DNA of 64,000 nucleotides from a candidate division FCPU426 bacterium (GCA_963771075.1 CAVYSE010000024.1:115867-179866), one strand, 5' to 3'. Counted from the stretch's first letter, positions 19,884 through 31,159 are shown. A program made the numbers and translations. Notes: generated by a model from the letters alone, not told the origin.

Positions 19884-21104
19884 GTGAAAACTGCACACGT
19901 CGTTTTGGCTTTATTCTTGATAGGCACCCTCACTGCACTCTTCAACATCACCGGTTGCGGCAGCCCCACATCACCCGCTCCAACGCCAACCCCTGCGCCC
20001 ACGAATACTCCATGCGGTTTTCCGGGCAATACCTGCACACCGACCTTTACCAGTACCTACACCTTCACCGGCACCTACACCATGACCTTTACCGCGACCA
20101 ACACGCCGACTGTCACCAACACGAAAACCCTCACCTTCTCGCCGACCATCACCAACACGCCGACGAACACCAATACGCCGACCTTCACGACGTCGCCCAC
20201 CGATACCTGGACCCCCAGCAACACTCCCACCATCACGATGACCGCGACCATCACCAACACCCCCACCAACACTCTTTCGCCGACGATCACGAATACGCCT
20301 ACGAATACGCCTCTGGTGACCAATACCTTCACCTCGACCAATACCGTTTGCGCTACCAATACAAACACTCCGACCCCGGGAACGAACGGGATCTCCTTTG
20401 CGGGCACGGCCAGCTGGACCGGGACCGGTTCGGTGAGCAGCAGCTATCCGATCTTCATCAACGCTTTCGTTCAGAATGCCGGGGACAGCGCGTTACATGC
20501 CCAAGTCACCACCAGCGGGGGGCCCTATACGATCGTCGGATTGGCATCGAGCACGACCTATACCCTGGTGGCCTACTATGGTAATTCCAGTACTTATAGT
20601 TGGCCGCCTCCGGCCGGGGTCTATGCCGCCCTCTATGGGACGTCCACCTGTAATGTCGCCAACTCCACTCAAGAACCCTCTTCCGGTTCCGTCGTTGGAT
20701 TGAACTTCTCTTTTGGGAACTCCAACCAGATCAGCGCCTTCTCGGGGGCCGTCAACTACTCGGGAAGTATGGGAACGGTGGATCAGTGCCACCAGATCTA
20801 TATCCTGCAGTTCCCGGCGGGCACAGGTATTTCGGCTATCAAGTCGGGCGCCACTTGGAACAATGACACTCATCTCAATCATAACGGCAACACCTTCGAC
20901 ATGGTGTCGAAGGATGCAACCAACAGTGTTTGCAATACCCAGACGGCGGACCTGCTGATCTTCTATGACGCGGCTGGAACGGGGAGCAGTAGCCCCCAAA
21001 CGGGTGATCCCTATACCTTACTCGGCAGCGCGTCCTCCGGCACCTCCGCGACGACCGATAGCGCGTCTTTTGACGACACCAACATCTATTCCAGTTTTCT
21101 CTAA
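19884..21104 (+). CDS. Thr/Pro-rich lipoprotein
   Basis: Lipobox ITG-C, long TPTxT linker. Confidence 0.8.
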   Translation: MKTAHVVLALFLIGTLTALFNITGCGSPTSPAPTPTPAPTNTPCGFPGNTCTPTFTSTYTFTGTYTMTFTATNTPTVTNTKTLTFSPTITNTPTNTNTPTFTTSPTDTWTPSNTPTITMTATITNTPTNTLSPTITNTPTNTPLVTNTFTSTNTVCATNTNTPTPGTNGISFAGTASWTGTGSVSSSYPIFINAFVQNAGDSALHAQVTTSGGPYTIVGLASSTTYTLVAYYGNSSTYSWPPPAGVYAALYGTSTCNVANSTQEPSSGSVVGLNFSFGNSNQISAFSGAVNYSGSMGTVDQCHQIYILQFPAGTGISAIKSGATWNNDTHLNHNGNTFDMVSKDATNSVCNTQTADLLIFYDAAGTGSSSPQTGDPYTLLGSASSGTSATTDSASFDDTNIYSSFL

Positions 21105-21284
21105 TGGAAAGCGCTTTTAAGTTCGTTTACCCTGTTCTTAAGGCGATCGAAACCGTCAAAAGCTCTCATCACGGACTTTATAATACCCGCAATGACCTCT
21201 CAGGGGGATAAGGCGGCAAAACCGGTAATTTCAGGGGTTACAACTTAGAACCTATAACAAAACCCCAAGGCAAAGGCAATTTTC

Positions 21285-21386
21285 ACCGCCAAGACGCCAA
21301 GGAGGCCTAAAGCCAAGCCTTTGATTTTAAGGATTTTCCAACTTATTGTTTTTTGTCGTTCTTGGCGAACTTGGCGTCTTGGCGGT
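21285..21386. repeat. 17-bp inverted repeat element
   Basis: ACCGCCAAGACGCCAAG (21285) / CTTGGCGTCTTGGCGGT (21370). Confidence 0.8.
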
Positions 21387-21419
21387 TAAACAGGTTTTGT
21401 TAGAGCTTATTAATAAGAA

Positions 21420-23391
21420 CTACCGCGTCACCACGATCTTGAGGTCCTGGTGGCCGATCAGCCCGCCCTGGGCGTTGTGGGCTTCCACAATCGCGAAATA
21501 GATTCCGCTCGCCACTCCCGACGCGTCCCATGAAGCCGTGTTGGCTCCCGACGCGCCTGCCACGTTTCGCTTCACCAACTCGCCCGCCGCGTCATACACC
21601 CGGTATACCAGCGTCAGGCTCTGGGCCGAGTCCGAGATGAACTGGACGTTATACCCTGTCGTTGGATTCATCAGGTTCGGCCTCGCGGTGATGTTCCCCA
21701 TCCCCGCGTTCGCCGTATCCGACATCACCATCACGTGCGCCGTCAAGATCGTCTCCCCGCCCTGCCCGTCCTGCGCCGAAACCTCGATGTAATACTGGCC
21801 CGACGCTACCACGGCTCCATTATCGCCTGTTCCGTCCCAAATGATCGTCGTCCCGTTGTTGAGCGAAATCGTCAATTGAGTGGGTACGTTCCCCGTCACC
21901 GGCCCGCTGGTCGGCTCGATACCGGTCGCCGACAACTGCAGTTGGGTTGTGTTGGTCGGTCCCGGGTTGCTCGTGTAGGTGTACAGGTTCTTCACCACTT
22001 CCCCCGCTTCGTTGTAGATCTTCACCGCCACCTTGTACACCGACCGGTTCACCACAATCGGCTGGGTCACGCTCGTGTCCGCCCCCATGTTGCTCACGCT
22101 GTCGATCTTCACGTAATACTGCCCGTTCCCCACCGGGTTCCCCGCCGTATCCAGCCCATTCCAGGTCCCGATCGGGGTTCCCAGGTACTCGATCGTCGTC
22201 GTGCTCCCGGGCCCGCTCACCGCCGTGATCGCCCCGGAGTTCAGGGTGAAACTGTTGATCGCCTGCGAATATTGGCTCACCGGCAGCGACTCCACCAACT
22301 CGCCCGCCTCGTTGTAGACCCCGATCTTCACCGTGTACTGCCCTGTCGTCAGCACGTTCACGCAGGCCGTGGCGGATCCGCCCGTGAAACTGGCCGTCGC
22401 GCAATTCACGATCGTCAGCCCTCCCGCCACCAGGTTGTTTACCGTCGCCTGGTAGGTCATTGTGTACACTCCCGGGGACAGGGGCGACGGCATTTGCCAG
22501 CTCATGATCGAGGTTCCCGCGTTGTAGCTCGTGGACGTACCGCCCGGCGCGGTCCCGAAAGACGAGAAGGTCAGGTTGGTCGGCAGTTGGTCCGTCACCA
22601 CCATGTTCATCACGTTGTAGTTCGAGACGTTCAAGGTCAGGGTATAGAGCAAGGTGGATCCCGGGCTGGTCACCGAAGTGGATACCTGCTTGGTCAACTG
22701 TACAAAGCCCAGGGGGGTCGCGGTGGCGGTCGTGGTGAAGGTGGGGGTGGCGGTCGCCGTCGGGGTCACCGTCGGCGTATGGGTATTCGTGGGGGTCATC
22801 GTATAGGTCGGGGTCGAGGTGTAAGTCTTGGTGGAAGTCGATGTGGACGTGTCCGTGGGTGTCCCCGTATCGGTCGCCGTATGGGTCGAGGTGGGCGTGT
22901 TCGTCGCCGTCCAGGTATCGGACGCGGTCGCCGTATCGGTGGCCGTGTTGGTCGCCGTAGGCGTGTTCGTAGCGGTAAAGGTGTTGGTTTCCGTCGGAGT
23001 ATAGGTTGCGGTGTAGGTGAAAGGTGGCGTTGCCGTAAAGGTCGGGCTGTTGGTTGGGGTCAAGGTATTGGTCGAAGTGGGTGTGTTGGTAGCCGTATAG
23101 GTATTGGGATGGATTTCGCAGGAGGGAGTGTCGGTGAAAAAGGGGGTAAAAGATGAAGTTGGAGTCGGTGTTCCGCTGGGAGTCAAGGTATCGGTCGGGG
23201 AGTTCGTCCTGGTTGGGGAGAGGGAAGGGGCCTTGGTGAGTGTCGGGGTCGAGGTCATGGTAGGCGTGGCCGTAAAAGCGCTCATAGGAGGCGAAGTAGG
23301 AGTAAAGGTGAATGTGGGCGTAGCCGAAGGCGTATAAGTCGCTGAATAAGCGGGAGTCATCGTCAGCGTGCTGGTTGGTGTGGAGGAACAA
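21420..23391 (-). pseudogene. 5'-truncated Thr/Pro-rich exported protein with DUF11-like and three FlgD/T9SS-CTD-like domains
   Basis: C-terminal ~430 aa paralogous to 48776..53221; no signal peptide; frame runs into repeat at 23392. Confidence 0.75.
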
Positions 23392-23505
23392 GTAACCAAG
23401 GGGTCTGGCCTACACATTACACGTTAGGTTATATCACCCCACAAAACCAATTTCTTTTTGGGTTGTCCGGTTTACGATCACCCGTGTTTGGTTTCACTAC
23501 AATCA

Positions 23506-23573
23506 TCCTAATTCCCAATTGGAATTTGGACTACCAAGGCTTGTCCCTCACCTTGAAAGTTCGGGACAGGTGG
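23506..23573 (-). repeat. Two-hairpin repeat (second copy 24488-24555)
   Basis: tcctaattcc/ggaatttgga-ct-ACCAA...gtccc-TC-acc-ttgaa-agt-TC-gggac-AGGTGG on + strand. Confidence 0.8.
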
Positions 23574-23651
23574 CTTTTTCATTTACAGCATCCAACCTCA
23601 AGCGCAAACTGAAGTGGTAAGAAGAACCTTTTTGAAGAAAGGAAAATTCTT

Positions 23652-23882
23652 ATGCGCAAATGGTCAAAGGGTGATATCCGATTCACCCTGCAACTCATGG
23701 ACATGAAGTCCATTGACCTTTCGGAAGATTACATCCGCAAATGCGACCCCGACCTATACAAAGCGGCCTGTTCCAAAAGACGCTTTGGCAGTTGGCGCGC
23801 TGCCCTCATCGCATCCGGAATCGATTACGAAAATGACCTGCTCTTCCGCGTCCCGCCCGAAAATCGGCTTTCAACTCCTTAA
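23652..23882 (+). CDS. Small protein resembling homing-endonuclease-associated repeat
   Basis: LY.AA...RFGSW.AAL..SG. Confidence 0.6.
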   Translation: MRKWSKGDIRFTLQLMDMKSIDLSEDYIRKCDPDLYKAACSKRRFGSWRAALIASGIDYENDLLFRVPPENRLSTP

Positions 23883-23973
23883 GTAGGTAATACCCAATCA
23901 ATTAGGTAATGAATTAGGTAATGTGATAAACTTTACAAGATTGGTTCGAACCCCCCATTCACAAGGAACAGCG

Positions 23974-24372
23974 ATGCTGACTATCAAACGTTTTTCATCC
24001 GAAGCCCACTCCATACCCGCCCTGACTTCCTGGTATTTATCCGACCTGGGCGAGGCCAAGGGAAGACAGGAGCTATTCACCAAACAATCCCCACAAAAGT
24101 TAAAGGTTTTGAGGGAGCACGCCATCATTGAAAGTTCGGTTTCCTCCAACCGGATCGAGGGCGTTCAAATTGAGCAAAAGCGGGTGGCTACGGTTGTTTT
24201 TGGGAAATCCCTTTTGAAAGACCGGGGCGAGGAGGAAGTTCGCGGCTACAGGCAGGCATTGAAGTGGATCCATGAGGAGGGGAAGGATATTCCCCTGTCG
24301 GAAAAAACGATCCTGAAACTTCACAAGTTGACCCGCGGGGAAATATGGGACGCGGGCAAGTACAAGGAAAAG
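23974..24372 (+). pseudogene. Truncated Fic gene copy
   Basis: Identical to 5' part of 24956..26002, cut before the Fic motif. Confidence 0.85.
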
Positions 24373-24633
24373 CGTAACCAAGGGGTCTGGCCTACACATT
24401 ACACGTTAGGTTATATCACCCCACAAAACCAATTTCTTTTTGGGTTGTCCGGTTTACGATCACCCGTGTTTGGTTTCACTACAATCATCCTAATTCCCAA
24501 TTGGAATTTGGACTACCAAGGCTTGTCCCTCACCTTGAAAGTTCGGGACAGGTGGCTTTTTCATTTACAGCCTCCAACCTCAAGCGCAAACTGAAGTGGT
24601 AAGAAGAACCTTTTTGAAGAAAGGAAAATTCTT

Positions 24634-24864
24634 ATGCGCAAATGGTCAAAGGGTGATATCCGATTCACCCTGCAACTCATGGACATGAAGTCCATTGACC
24701 TTTCGGAAGATTACATCCGCAAATGCGACCCCGACCTATACAAAGCGGCCTGTTCCAAAAGACGCTTTGGCAGTTGGCGCGCTGCCCTCATCGCATCCGG
24801 AATTGATTACGAAAATGACCTGCTCTTCCGCGTCCCGCCCGAAAATCGGCTTTCAACTCCTTAA
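24634..24864 (+). CDS. Duplicate of 23652..23882
   Basis: Identical translation. Confidence 0.6.
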   Translation: MRKWSKGDIRFTLQLMDMKSIDLSEDYIRKCDPDLYKAACSKRRFGSWRAALIASGIDYENDLLFRVPPENRLSTP

Positions 24865-24955
24865 GTAGGTAATACCCAATCAATTAGGTAATGAATTAGG
24901 TAATGTGATAAACTTTACAAGATTGGTTCGAACCCCCCATTCACAAGGAACAGCG

Positions 24956-26002
24956 ATGCTGACTATCAAACGTTTTTCATCCGAAGCCCACTCCATACCC
25001 GCCCTGACTTCCTGGTATTTATCCGACCTGGGCGAGGCCAAGGGAAGACAGGAGCTATTCACCAAACAATCCCCACAAAAGTTAAAGGTTTTGAGGGAGC
25101 ACGCCATCATTGAAAGTTCGGTTTCCTCCAACCGGATCGAGGGCGTTCAAATTGAGCAAAAGCGGGTGGCTACGGTTGTTTTTGGGAAATCCCTTTTGAA
25201 AGACCGGGGCGAGGAGGAAGTTCGCGGCTACAGGCAGGCATTGAAGTGGATCCATGAGGAGGGGAAGGATATTCCCCTGTCGGAAAAAACGATCCTGAAA
25301 CTTCACAAGTTGACCCGCGGGGAAATATGGGACGCGGGCAAGTACAAGGAAAAGGACGGGGATATCATCGAGAAATACCCGGACGGCCGCCAGCGGTTGA
25401 GGTTCAAAACCGTGCCCGCCAAGGAAACCCCCGGCGTCATGAAAGACCTCCTTGGGCTTCACAAGGCTTGCGCCAGGGAAAGATGGGTCCAGCCCCTGGT
25501 CGCCACCGCTGTTTTCAACCTTGATTTTCTTTGCGTTCATCCCTTCCGGGACGGCAATGGCCGGGTTTCACGGCTGCTCTTACTGCTCCAGTGCCATCAA
25601 CTCGGGTACGAAGTGGGGCGGTTTATCAGTTTGGAAAGGCTTATTGAGGAGAACAAAGACCGATATTACGAAACTTTGGAAGAAAGTTCCAAAGGCTGGC
25701 ACGGGGACCAACAGGACCCCTGGCCTTACGTGAACTACCTGCTTTTTATCCTGAAAACCGCTTACAAAGAATTGGAGGCCCGGGTGGGCGTCACCGCGAC
25801 CCCCAAGGGCGGAAAGACGGACCAGGTTTTGGCGGCGATCGCCAAGGCGGGCGGGGTTTTCCGGGTTTCGGATCTTCAAAGGGAATGCCCGGGAGTGGGG
25901 GTGGACATGATCCGGAAGGTATTGAAAGACTTGAAAGCCTCCGGCCGCGTGGTGTGCCTGAGCCGGGGCCAGAATGCCCAATGGAAAGAAATCCGCAAGT
26001 AG
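24956..26002 (+). CDS. Fic family protein
   Basis: HPFRDGNGRVSR motif; SSNRIEG. Confidence 0.95.
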   Translation: MLTIKRFSSEAHSIPALTSWYLSDLGEAKGRQELFTKQSPQKLKVLREHAIIESSVSSNRIEGVQIEQKRVATVVFGKSLLKDRGEEEVRGYRQALKWIHEEGKDIPLSEKTILKLHKLTRGEIWDAGKYKEKDGDIIEKYPDGRQRLRFKTVPAKETPGVMKDLLGLHKACARERWVQPLVATAVFNLDFLCVHPFRDGNGRVSRLLLLLQCHQLGYEVGRFISLERLIEENKDRYYETLEESSKGWHGDQQDPWPYVNYLLFILKTAYKELEARVGVTATPKGGKTDQVLAAIAKAGGVFRVSDLQRECPGVGVDMIRKVLKDLKASGRVVCLSRGQNAQWKEIRK

Positions 26003-26032
26003 AAAAAAAGGGGCCGGGTTGGTCCTTCCCGG

Positions 26033-26295
26033 CTAGAAATTTCCTTCCTCCAAAAAGATACCCCGCCATTGGTCCAGGCGTTTGACGCCGGCGGTATCCA
26101 GGGTCTTTTTCACCTCTTGGGAATCCATGGCATCGGCGGCGGTTAGGAGTTCCGGCACCTCCCGCGCCAGGATCACCTCCCCGGGGCGGCCGGCCATGCG
26201 GTAGAGGGTACCCTCGTAAAAAGGGGCCAGGCCAACATTCAACACATTAGGTTGATCGCCCTTAATCCATCCGATATTCCTGTCCCTTGATCCCC
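26033..26295 (-). pseudogene. Probable C-terminal gene fragment, unknown family
   Basis: Open frame with no good start, extending up to a repeat block. Confidence 0.3.
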
Positions 26296-26547
26296 CCTGT
26301 TTTTTATGTCCCCCTTTTCCAACCCGCTTTATACTTTTGGGGCTGACCCATATAAAAGAACCAATAGGCCTACATATTACACGTTAGGAAATGCCTCCCT
26401 AATAACGCCCCTTCTCCGATATCACATGCCTCACTCCACCCTGAACATCAGCTGGCAGCTCGCAGTTGGCAGTCGACAGTGAACCAACTGCTATTGGCTA
26501 CCCATTCAACCAAGCTCAGGGTCTTGACGGTACGGGGAAGATTCATT

Positions 26548-26572
26548 AATGTAATTACATAGTAATTACATT
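26548..26572. promoter_or_regulatory. Probable autorepression operator of mazEF-like pair
   Basis: AATGTAATTAC-ata-GTAATTACATT; TTGACG at 26524. Confidence 0.7.
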
Positions 26573-26596
26573 CCAAAGACTCTTCGAGGTGAGGTT

Positions 26597-26848
26597 ATGC
26601 GGTCCCAGATCATTCAAATCGGCAATTCCAAGGGTATTCGCATCCCCCGGCCCCTATTGGAACAATGCCAGCTGGAAGACGAGGTGGAGCTGGAAGCCCA
26701 GCCGGGTCAGCTGGTGGTTCGGCCCGTGGGCGGACCCCGGCATGGATGGGCCGCGGCCTTTGAGAAGATGGCCCAGTACGGCGATGACGAGCTTTTGGAC
26801 GGGGGCGGTCCCGAGACCCAATGGTCCAGGAAGGACTGGAAATGGTGA
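26597..26848 (+). CDS. mazE: AbrB/MazE antitoxin
   Basis: IGNSKGIRIP motif. Confidence 0.9.
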   Translation: MRSQIIQIGNSKGIRIPRPLLEQCQLEDEVELEAQPGQLVVRPVGGPRHGWAAAFEKMAQYGDDELLDGGGPETQWSRKDWKW

Positions 26849-27165
26849 TCTCACGCTTTGAGGTGCATTTAGTCCGTCTGGACCCGACCGAGGGAAGCGA
26901 GATCAAAAAGACACGGCCTTGCTTGGTGATATCCCCCGACGACATGAACCAATTTATCCGCACCGTGATCGTGGCCCCCATGACCAGAAGGGAAAAAGAT
27001 TATCCCACCCGTGTTCCGGTCGAGTTCCAAGGGAAGCACGGACAGATCGTCCTGGACCAGATCCGCACGGTGGATAAGACCCGGCTCGTGAAAAAGCTTG
27101 GAAAGATCGGTGACGCCACATCGGAAAAGGTCCTGAGGCTCCTGGCGGAAATGTTTGCTCCCTAA
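26842..27165 (+). CDS. mazF: MazF/PemK toxin
   Basis: DPT.GSEI.KTRPC..IS, DQIRTVDK.RL. Confidence 0.95.
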   Translation: MVISRFEVHLVRLDPTEGSEIKKTRPCLVISPDDMNQFIRTVIVAPMTRREKDYPTRVPVEFQGKHGQIVLDQIRTVDKTRLVKKLGKIGDATSEKVLRLLAEMFAP

Positions 27166-27171
27166 AAGCCC

Positions 27172-27690
27172 CTTGTTACCAATTTCGTAGGGATTCCCGA
27201 TTTAATTGGCAACAAGAAATACACCCTTCAAAAGACCCTTTAAAACGATGGTCGCCCAGCGACTGTTAAAAATAAGGGGTTTTTGATTGGTTAGTTATGG
27301 AACTATTAGACCCATTTAAATAAGGGATTTAATTAGTAGTAATACTACTAATTCAAATAAGGGAATTTGGCACCTTCTGGGAAAAGCCTGGGCTTGCTGC
27401 CAATTTTGAGAATCAGTTCGCAGTCGGCAGTCCACAGTCGGCAGGGAAGACCAAAAAGCCAGCTGACAGCCCGTAGTTCGCAGCCGACAAGGACAGGCTA
27501 AACAGACCTCGTTGCCAATTTTGTCCTCAGTAGGGATTTAATTGGCAACAAGAACCGATTAATTATAAAAAAACCAATGATTAGTGTGGCCGTATTACGG
27601 CCACTTAAAATAAGGGGATTTGGCACTTGTTCGGTCTTGCCGGGGCTTACTGCCAATTAATACCAGCGGCTGGTAAAAATTGGCAACAAC
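27172..27690. repeat. Composite repeat block, largely repeated at 34543-34923
   Basis: 27199-27554 matches 34572-34923; GTTGCCAAT..ATTGGCAAC hairpins and hairpin+AAATAAGGG units. Confidence 0.85.
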
Positions 27691-27767
27691 GGCCTTTCTG
27701 ATTTAGGTTATATACACCAAAAACCGAATTTTGGAAAATAACCATCATTTTTGGCCGGAGGTATCCA

Positions 27768-28343
27768 ATGGTTGAATCACCTATGAGGGGTTTTCTGAAG
27801 AGTATCTTTGGCCTAGCCAAGGATGAACCCCCCCAGGACCAGCCAACCACCCCGCCTGCCGCCGAGGACATCCAAGCCCAGCAGGCCCCATCCCTCCCAC
27901 TACGCCCTTCTCCCGTCGCTAAAGCTCCTGCCTACGCTGAAACTTTGGCAGGCACGTTGGGAGACAAGCCAGGCTCCGAGGGACAGGCAGTCCGTACCCC
28001 CACCCTAACCGAAGCCTACCTCAACAGGAAAAAGGGCAGGAAACGGCATAGGGACAGCCTGGATGATCTCAAGAGAATCGTGGCTTGCATCGAGAGTCGC
28101 GGGGAAGTGACCCCCGGCGATCTGGCCCTGGAACTGGGAATGTCCCGCAGCACCCTGACCTATAACCTAAAACGGCTTTTATCCGTGTCGCCGAATGCTG
28201 ATCCATATGCCGTGGGCTACTGGCAATGCAGGGCGCTTCAATGGACCCTGGGGGGGAAGTACCTCGTCAAGACCGGCGCTGGTAAACATGTGAAGTACCG
28301 GCTGGAGGTGCTCCCGAACCCCATTTCACCGAAGGAATCCTAG
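27768..28343 (+). CDS. Winged-helix HTH protein
   Basis: TPGDLALELGMSRSTLTYNLKRL; G.GKHVKY wing. Confidence 0.7.
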   Translation: MVESPMRGFLKSIFGLAKDEPPQDQPTTPPAAEDIQAQQAPSLPLRPSPVAKAPAYAETLAGTLGDKPGSEGQAVRTPTLTEAYLNRKKGRKRHRDSLDDLKRIVACIESRGEVTPGDLALELGMSRSTLTYNLKRLLSVSPNADPYAVGYWQCRALQWTLGGKYLVKTGAGKHVKYRLEVLPNPISPKES

Positions 28344-28733
28344 CAGGGGTAGTGGGGGACTTTCCTTTTGATCCCCCCGGTTTTTTTTACGGCCCCCTTC
28401 TCCCACCCGCTTTATACTTTTGGGGTCCTGCCAAATTAATGGAAGTGATTCATTTTGAATAATTCCCCGCTTCCCCCATGCTTCTATTGGGAAAAAGGAT
28501 AGGGGGCATGGGGACGTCCCCATTTTCATTTCGTATGTATTCAAATGAAAAAATGGGGGTGAAAAAGGGGCCTTTCGGTTTTGTGGGTACATAGGGGTTT
28601 TACCCTATGAGCGCCGTTGGGAGGGGGGTATTAGACTTTAACGACAAGGCTAACTCCCCCTTAATCCCCCTCTTTCAGAGGGGGAAAAAGAAGGCCCACC
28701 ATCAAACTGATCCACTACTAAATTACTATAGGG

Positions 28734-29438
28734 GTGACCAATATGTTCCTATTGCCCATGAACACGGATATTACGAAGGAACAGCGCAATTTTTTCAGGC
28801 TGGTCTATACCTGGATGTTCTTCGGGCTGGCCCTTTCGGGGGTCACGGCGGTTTTCACGGCCTTTAACCCGGACATGGCCCAGGGCATCCTGGGCGACAG
28901 GCTGGTTTTCGACGGGCTTTTGGTCGCCGAGATCGTGCTGGTGGTCGTGCTGGCGGCGAACATGAAAAAGCTCCCCGTGGGCTGGGCGGTCGCGCTGTTT
29001 CTCCTCTATTGCGTCACTTCCGGGCTGACCCTGTCGGTGATTTTCTTCGTTTACGCCCTCAACTCGATCATCAGCCTCTTCTTCGTGACCTCCCTGGTCT
29101 TTTTCCTGATGTCGCTTTACGGCTTTTTCACCGACCACGACCTGACCAGCTGGGGGCATGTGCTGTTGTTCGGCCTTTTGGGCATCATCCTGGTTTCCCT
29201 GGTCAATCTATTCCTCAACAGCACGGCGGTGGAATGGGCGGTGAACGTGGCGGGGGTCTTGATCTTCACCGGGCTGATCGCCTACGACACCCAGAAGCTG
29301 AAAGCACTCGATGAGGCGGGCACGGTGGAGGGAAGCGATGAGGAAATCAAGCTTTCCATCTACGGGGCGCTGGACTTGTACCTGGACTTCATCAACCTGT
29401 TCCTGAAGCTTTTGGCCCTCTTCGGAAAACGGCGCTAG
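28734..29438 (+). CDS. Bax inhibitor-1/YccA family membrane protein
   Basis: Multiple TMs, AYDTQKLK, ALDLYLDFINLF. Confidence 0.92.
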   Translation: MTNMFLLPMNTDITKEQRNFFRLVYTWMFFGLALSGVTAVFTAFNPDMAQGILGDRLVFDGLLVAEIVLVVVLAANMKKLPVGWAVALFLLYCVTSGLTLSVIFFVYALNSIISLFFVTSLVFFLMSLYGFFTDHDLTSWGHVLLFGLLGIILVSLVNLFLNSTAVEWAVNVAGVLIFTGLIAYDTQKLKALDEAGTVEGSDEEIKLSIYGALDLYLDFINLFLKLLALFGKRR

Positions 29439-29454
29439 GAAAAACACCAGTCGG

Positions 29455-29975
29455 CCCCAATTGCCCATAGCAATTGGCCGGGGAATTCGCCCGTCACAAC
29501 AAATGGTTAATGGAATGGCATTTAAACAACCATTTGTTAGGAATCACCAAACCACGCATCGAAACTTGTGGTTTCGATGCAGGAGACAGTTCGCAGTCCG
29601 CAGTTGGCAGTCGACAGTGAACCAACAGCTGTTGGCCATTGGCTTTTAGCAACGACAGGAAAGATCTCCTAATAAGCACCTTGGCTCGTTTCTCGTCTTG
29701 AAGACTCGAAACAGGTATTAGCCCTACCGTTGAACCCGCATTTGTGCCAACATTGAAACCCTCTACAGATGAATCCTTCTCCAAAATCCACTCTCTCCGC
29801 TTGGCCAGCAAATCGTTCGCGGCATCAACGGCCTTTATGCCGTTGATACAACCAAACCTTACAACTCACCTGGAAGGTTCGTTGTAGGTTCAGTCTCTTG
29901 ACAGGTTTGCCAATCGCTTTATGGCGATTGGCACTACCAATACCGTCAATCGACTTGGGGTCTCTTGACAGGTGG
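29455..29975 (-). repeat. Three two-hairpin repeats (29455-29585, 29822-29889, 29908-29975)
   Basis: hairpin-ACCAA-10-bp stem/5-nt loop-AGG on + strand; stems differ but pair. Confidence 0.85.
29722..29822 (-). pseudogene. Internal HIT-domain fragment
   Basis: ANDLLAKRREWILEKDSSVEGFNVGTNAG, near-identical to 30957-31030. Confidence 0.75.
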
Positions 29976-30035
29976 TCCCCTCCGGGTATCATTATAGTCA
30001 GACTAGTCAGAAATATTCCTTTGGGAGGCAACCCC

Positions 30036-30284
30036 ATGACATCCTGGCAACTTCAAGCCGCCAAGGCGCGGTTCAGCGAGCTGATCCGCACGGTTCAATC
30101 CAAAGGGCCCCAGGCCATCACCTTGCACGGCCGGGAACAGGCCGTTGTGATCTCCAAGAAAGAATACGACCGTTTGAAGGGCACCAAGCCCAATCTGGTG
30201 GACTTCTTCAAGAAATCACCCTTTTATGGGCTTGATTTGAAGATTCAGCGCAACAAAAGCGTTAGCCGTAGGGTCGAATTTTGA
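30036..30284 (+). CDS. Phd/YefM antitoxin
   Basis: WQLQ.AKARFSEL...GPQ.IT.HG...AVV. Confidence 0.92.
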   Translation: MTSWQLQAAKARFSELIRTVQSKGPQAITLHGREQAVVISKKEYDRLKGTKPNLVDFFKKSPFYGLDLKIQRNKSVSRRVEF

Positions 30285-30691
30285 GTTTCCTGCTCGACAC
30301 CAATATTCTTTCCGAATTGATCAAAAAACATCCTGAACCCAAGGTGGTTCAATGGGTGTTGGAGAAGGGTTCGGACAGGCTGTGCATTAGCGTATTGACC
30401 CTGGGTGAAATCCGGAAGGGCATCGAAAGATTGGAGCCAAACCCCCGAAAGGCCAGGCTTCTTCAATACCTCGAAAGGGATATTCCGGCGCAATTTGAGG
30501 ATAGGATCTTGGCCATTGATTCGCCGGTGGCTGAGGTCTGGGGCCATTTGGAATCCCAGGCGGGCCGCCCGCTCCCGACCGTTGACGCGCTCATTGCGGC
30601 CACGGCGATCGCGCACAATCTTGTCTTAGTGACCCGGAACACCAAGGATTTTAACTTTCCGAAATTGAAGTGCTTGAATCCTTGGGAATAG
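30281..30691 (+). CDS. vapC: VapC PIN toxin
   Basis: LLDTNILSE, DALIAATA, VTRN.KDF. Confidence 0.93.
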   Translation: MSFLLDTNILSELIKKHPEPKVVQWVLEKGSDRLCISVLTLGEIRKGIERLEPNPRKARLLQYLERDIPAQFEDRILAIDSPVAEVWGHLESQAGRPLPTVDALIAATAIAHNLVLVTRNTKDFNFPKLKCLNPWE

Positions 30692-30835
30692 AACCAAGGA
30701 GCCTGGCCTGCACATGACACGTTAGGCAGCGCCAGCCTCATAACGCCCCTTCTCCGGTATCACATGCCTCACCCCACCAACAACATCAGTCGACAGTCGG
30801 CAGTTCACAGTCTGCAGACAGACAAAAACCAAGGC

Positions 30836-31159
30836 TTAATAGCTACCTTTGGTCGGTATAACATGACGGACACCACCACGAGGATTCTCAACGTCACCTT
30901 TTCGTCGTGGAATCAGATGAATGTGTAGATGAAAGATGGTTTGCCCGGCTGTTAATCCCGCATTAGTTCCAACATTGAAACCCTCTACAGATGAATCCTT
31001 CTCCAAAATCCACTCTCTCCGCTTGGCCAGCACTTTTCCCGGCATCTGCTTGGTGATCTGCTCGTAATATTCCACCTGGCTGTCGTCGAATTTCAGTATT
31101 TCCCGGGCGATATCCTTGGCGGTTCGGGTGCCTTTGTTCTTTAGGAGGGCCATAAGCAT
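30836..31159 (-). pseudogene. HIT-family gene remnant, apparently internally deleted
   Basis: HLHIHLIPRR HIT motif, but the N-half of the HIT domain is missing; 5' end abuts repeat. Confidence 0.7.

Larger units (their letters stand above)
23392..25354 (+). repeat. Near-identical tandem duplication, period 982 bp
   Basis: 23392-24372 vs 24374-25354; only about two substitutions noticed. Confidence 0.95.

Noticed and set aside
23923..24594. Novel 223-aa Fic variant
   Set aside because: The C-terminus is read-through into the duplicated non-coding repeat.
23409..30730. Integron attC sites suggested by CGTTAGG
   Set aside because: No matching RYYYAAC or long imperfect palindrome at gene ends, and no IntI in the window; an IntegronFinder run would settle it.
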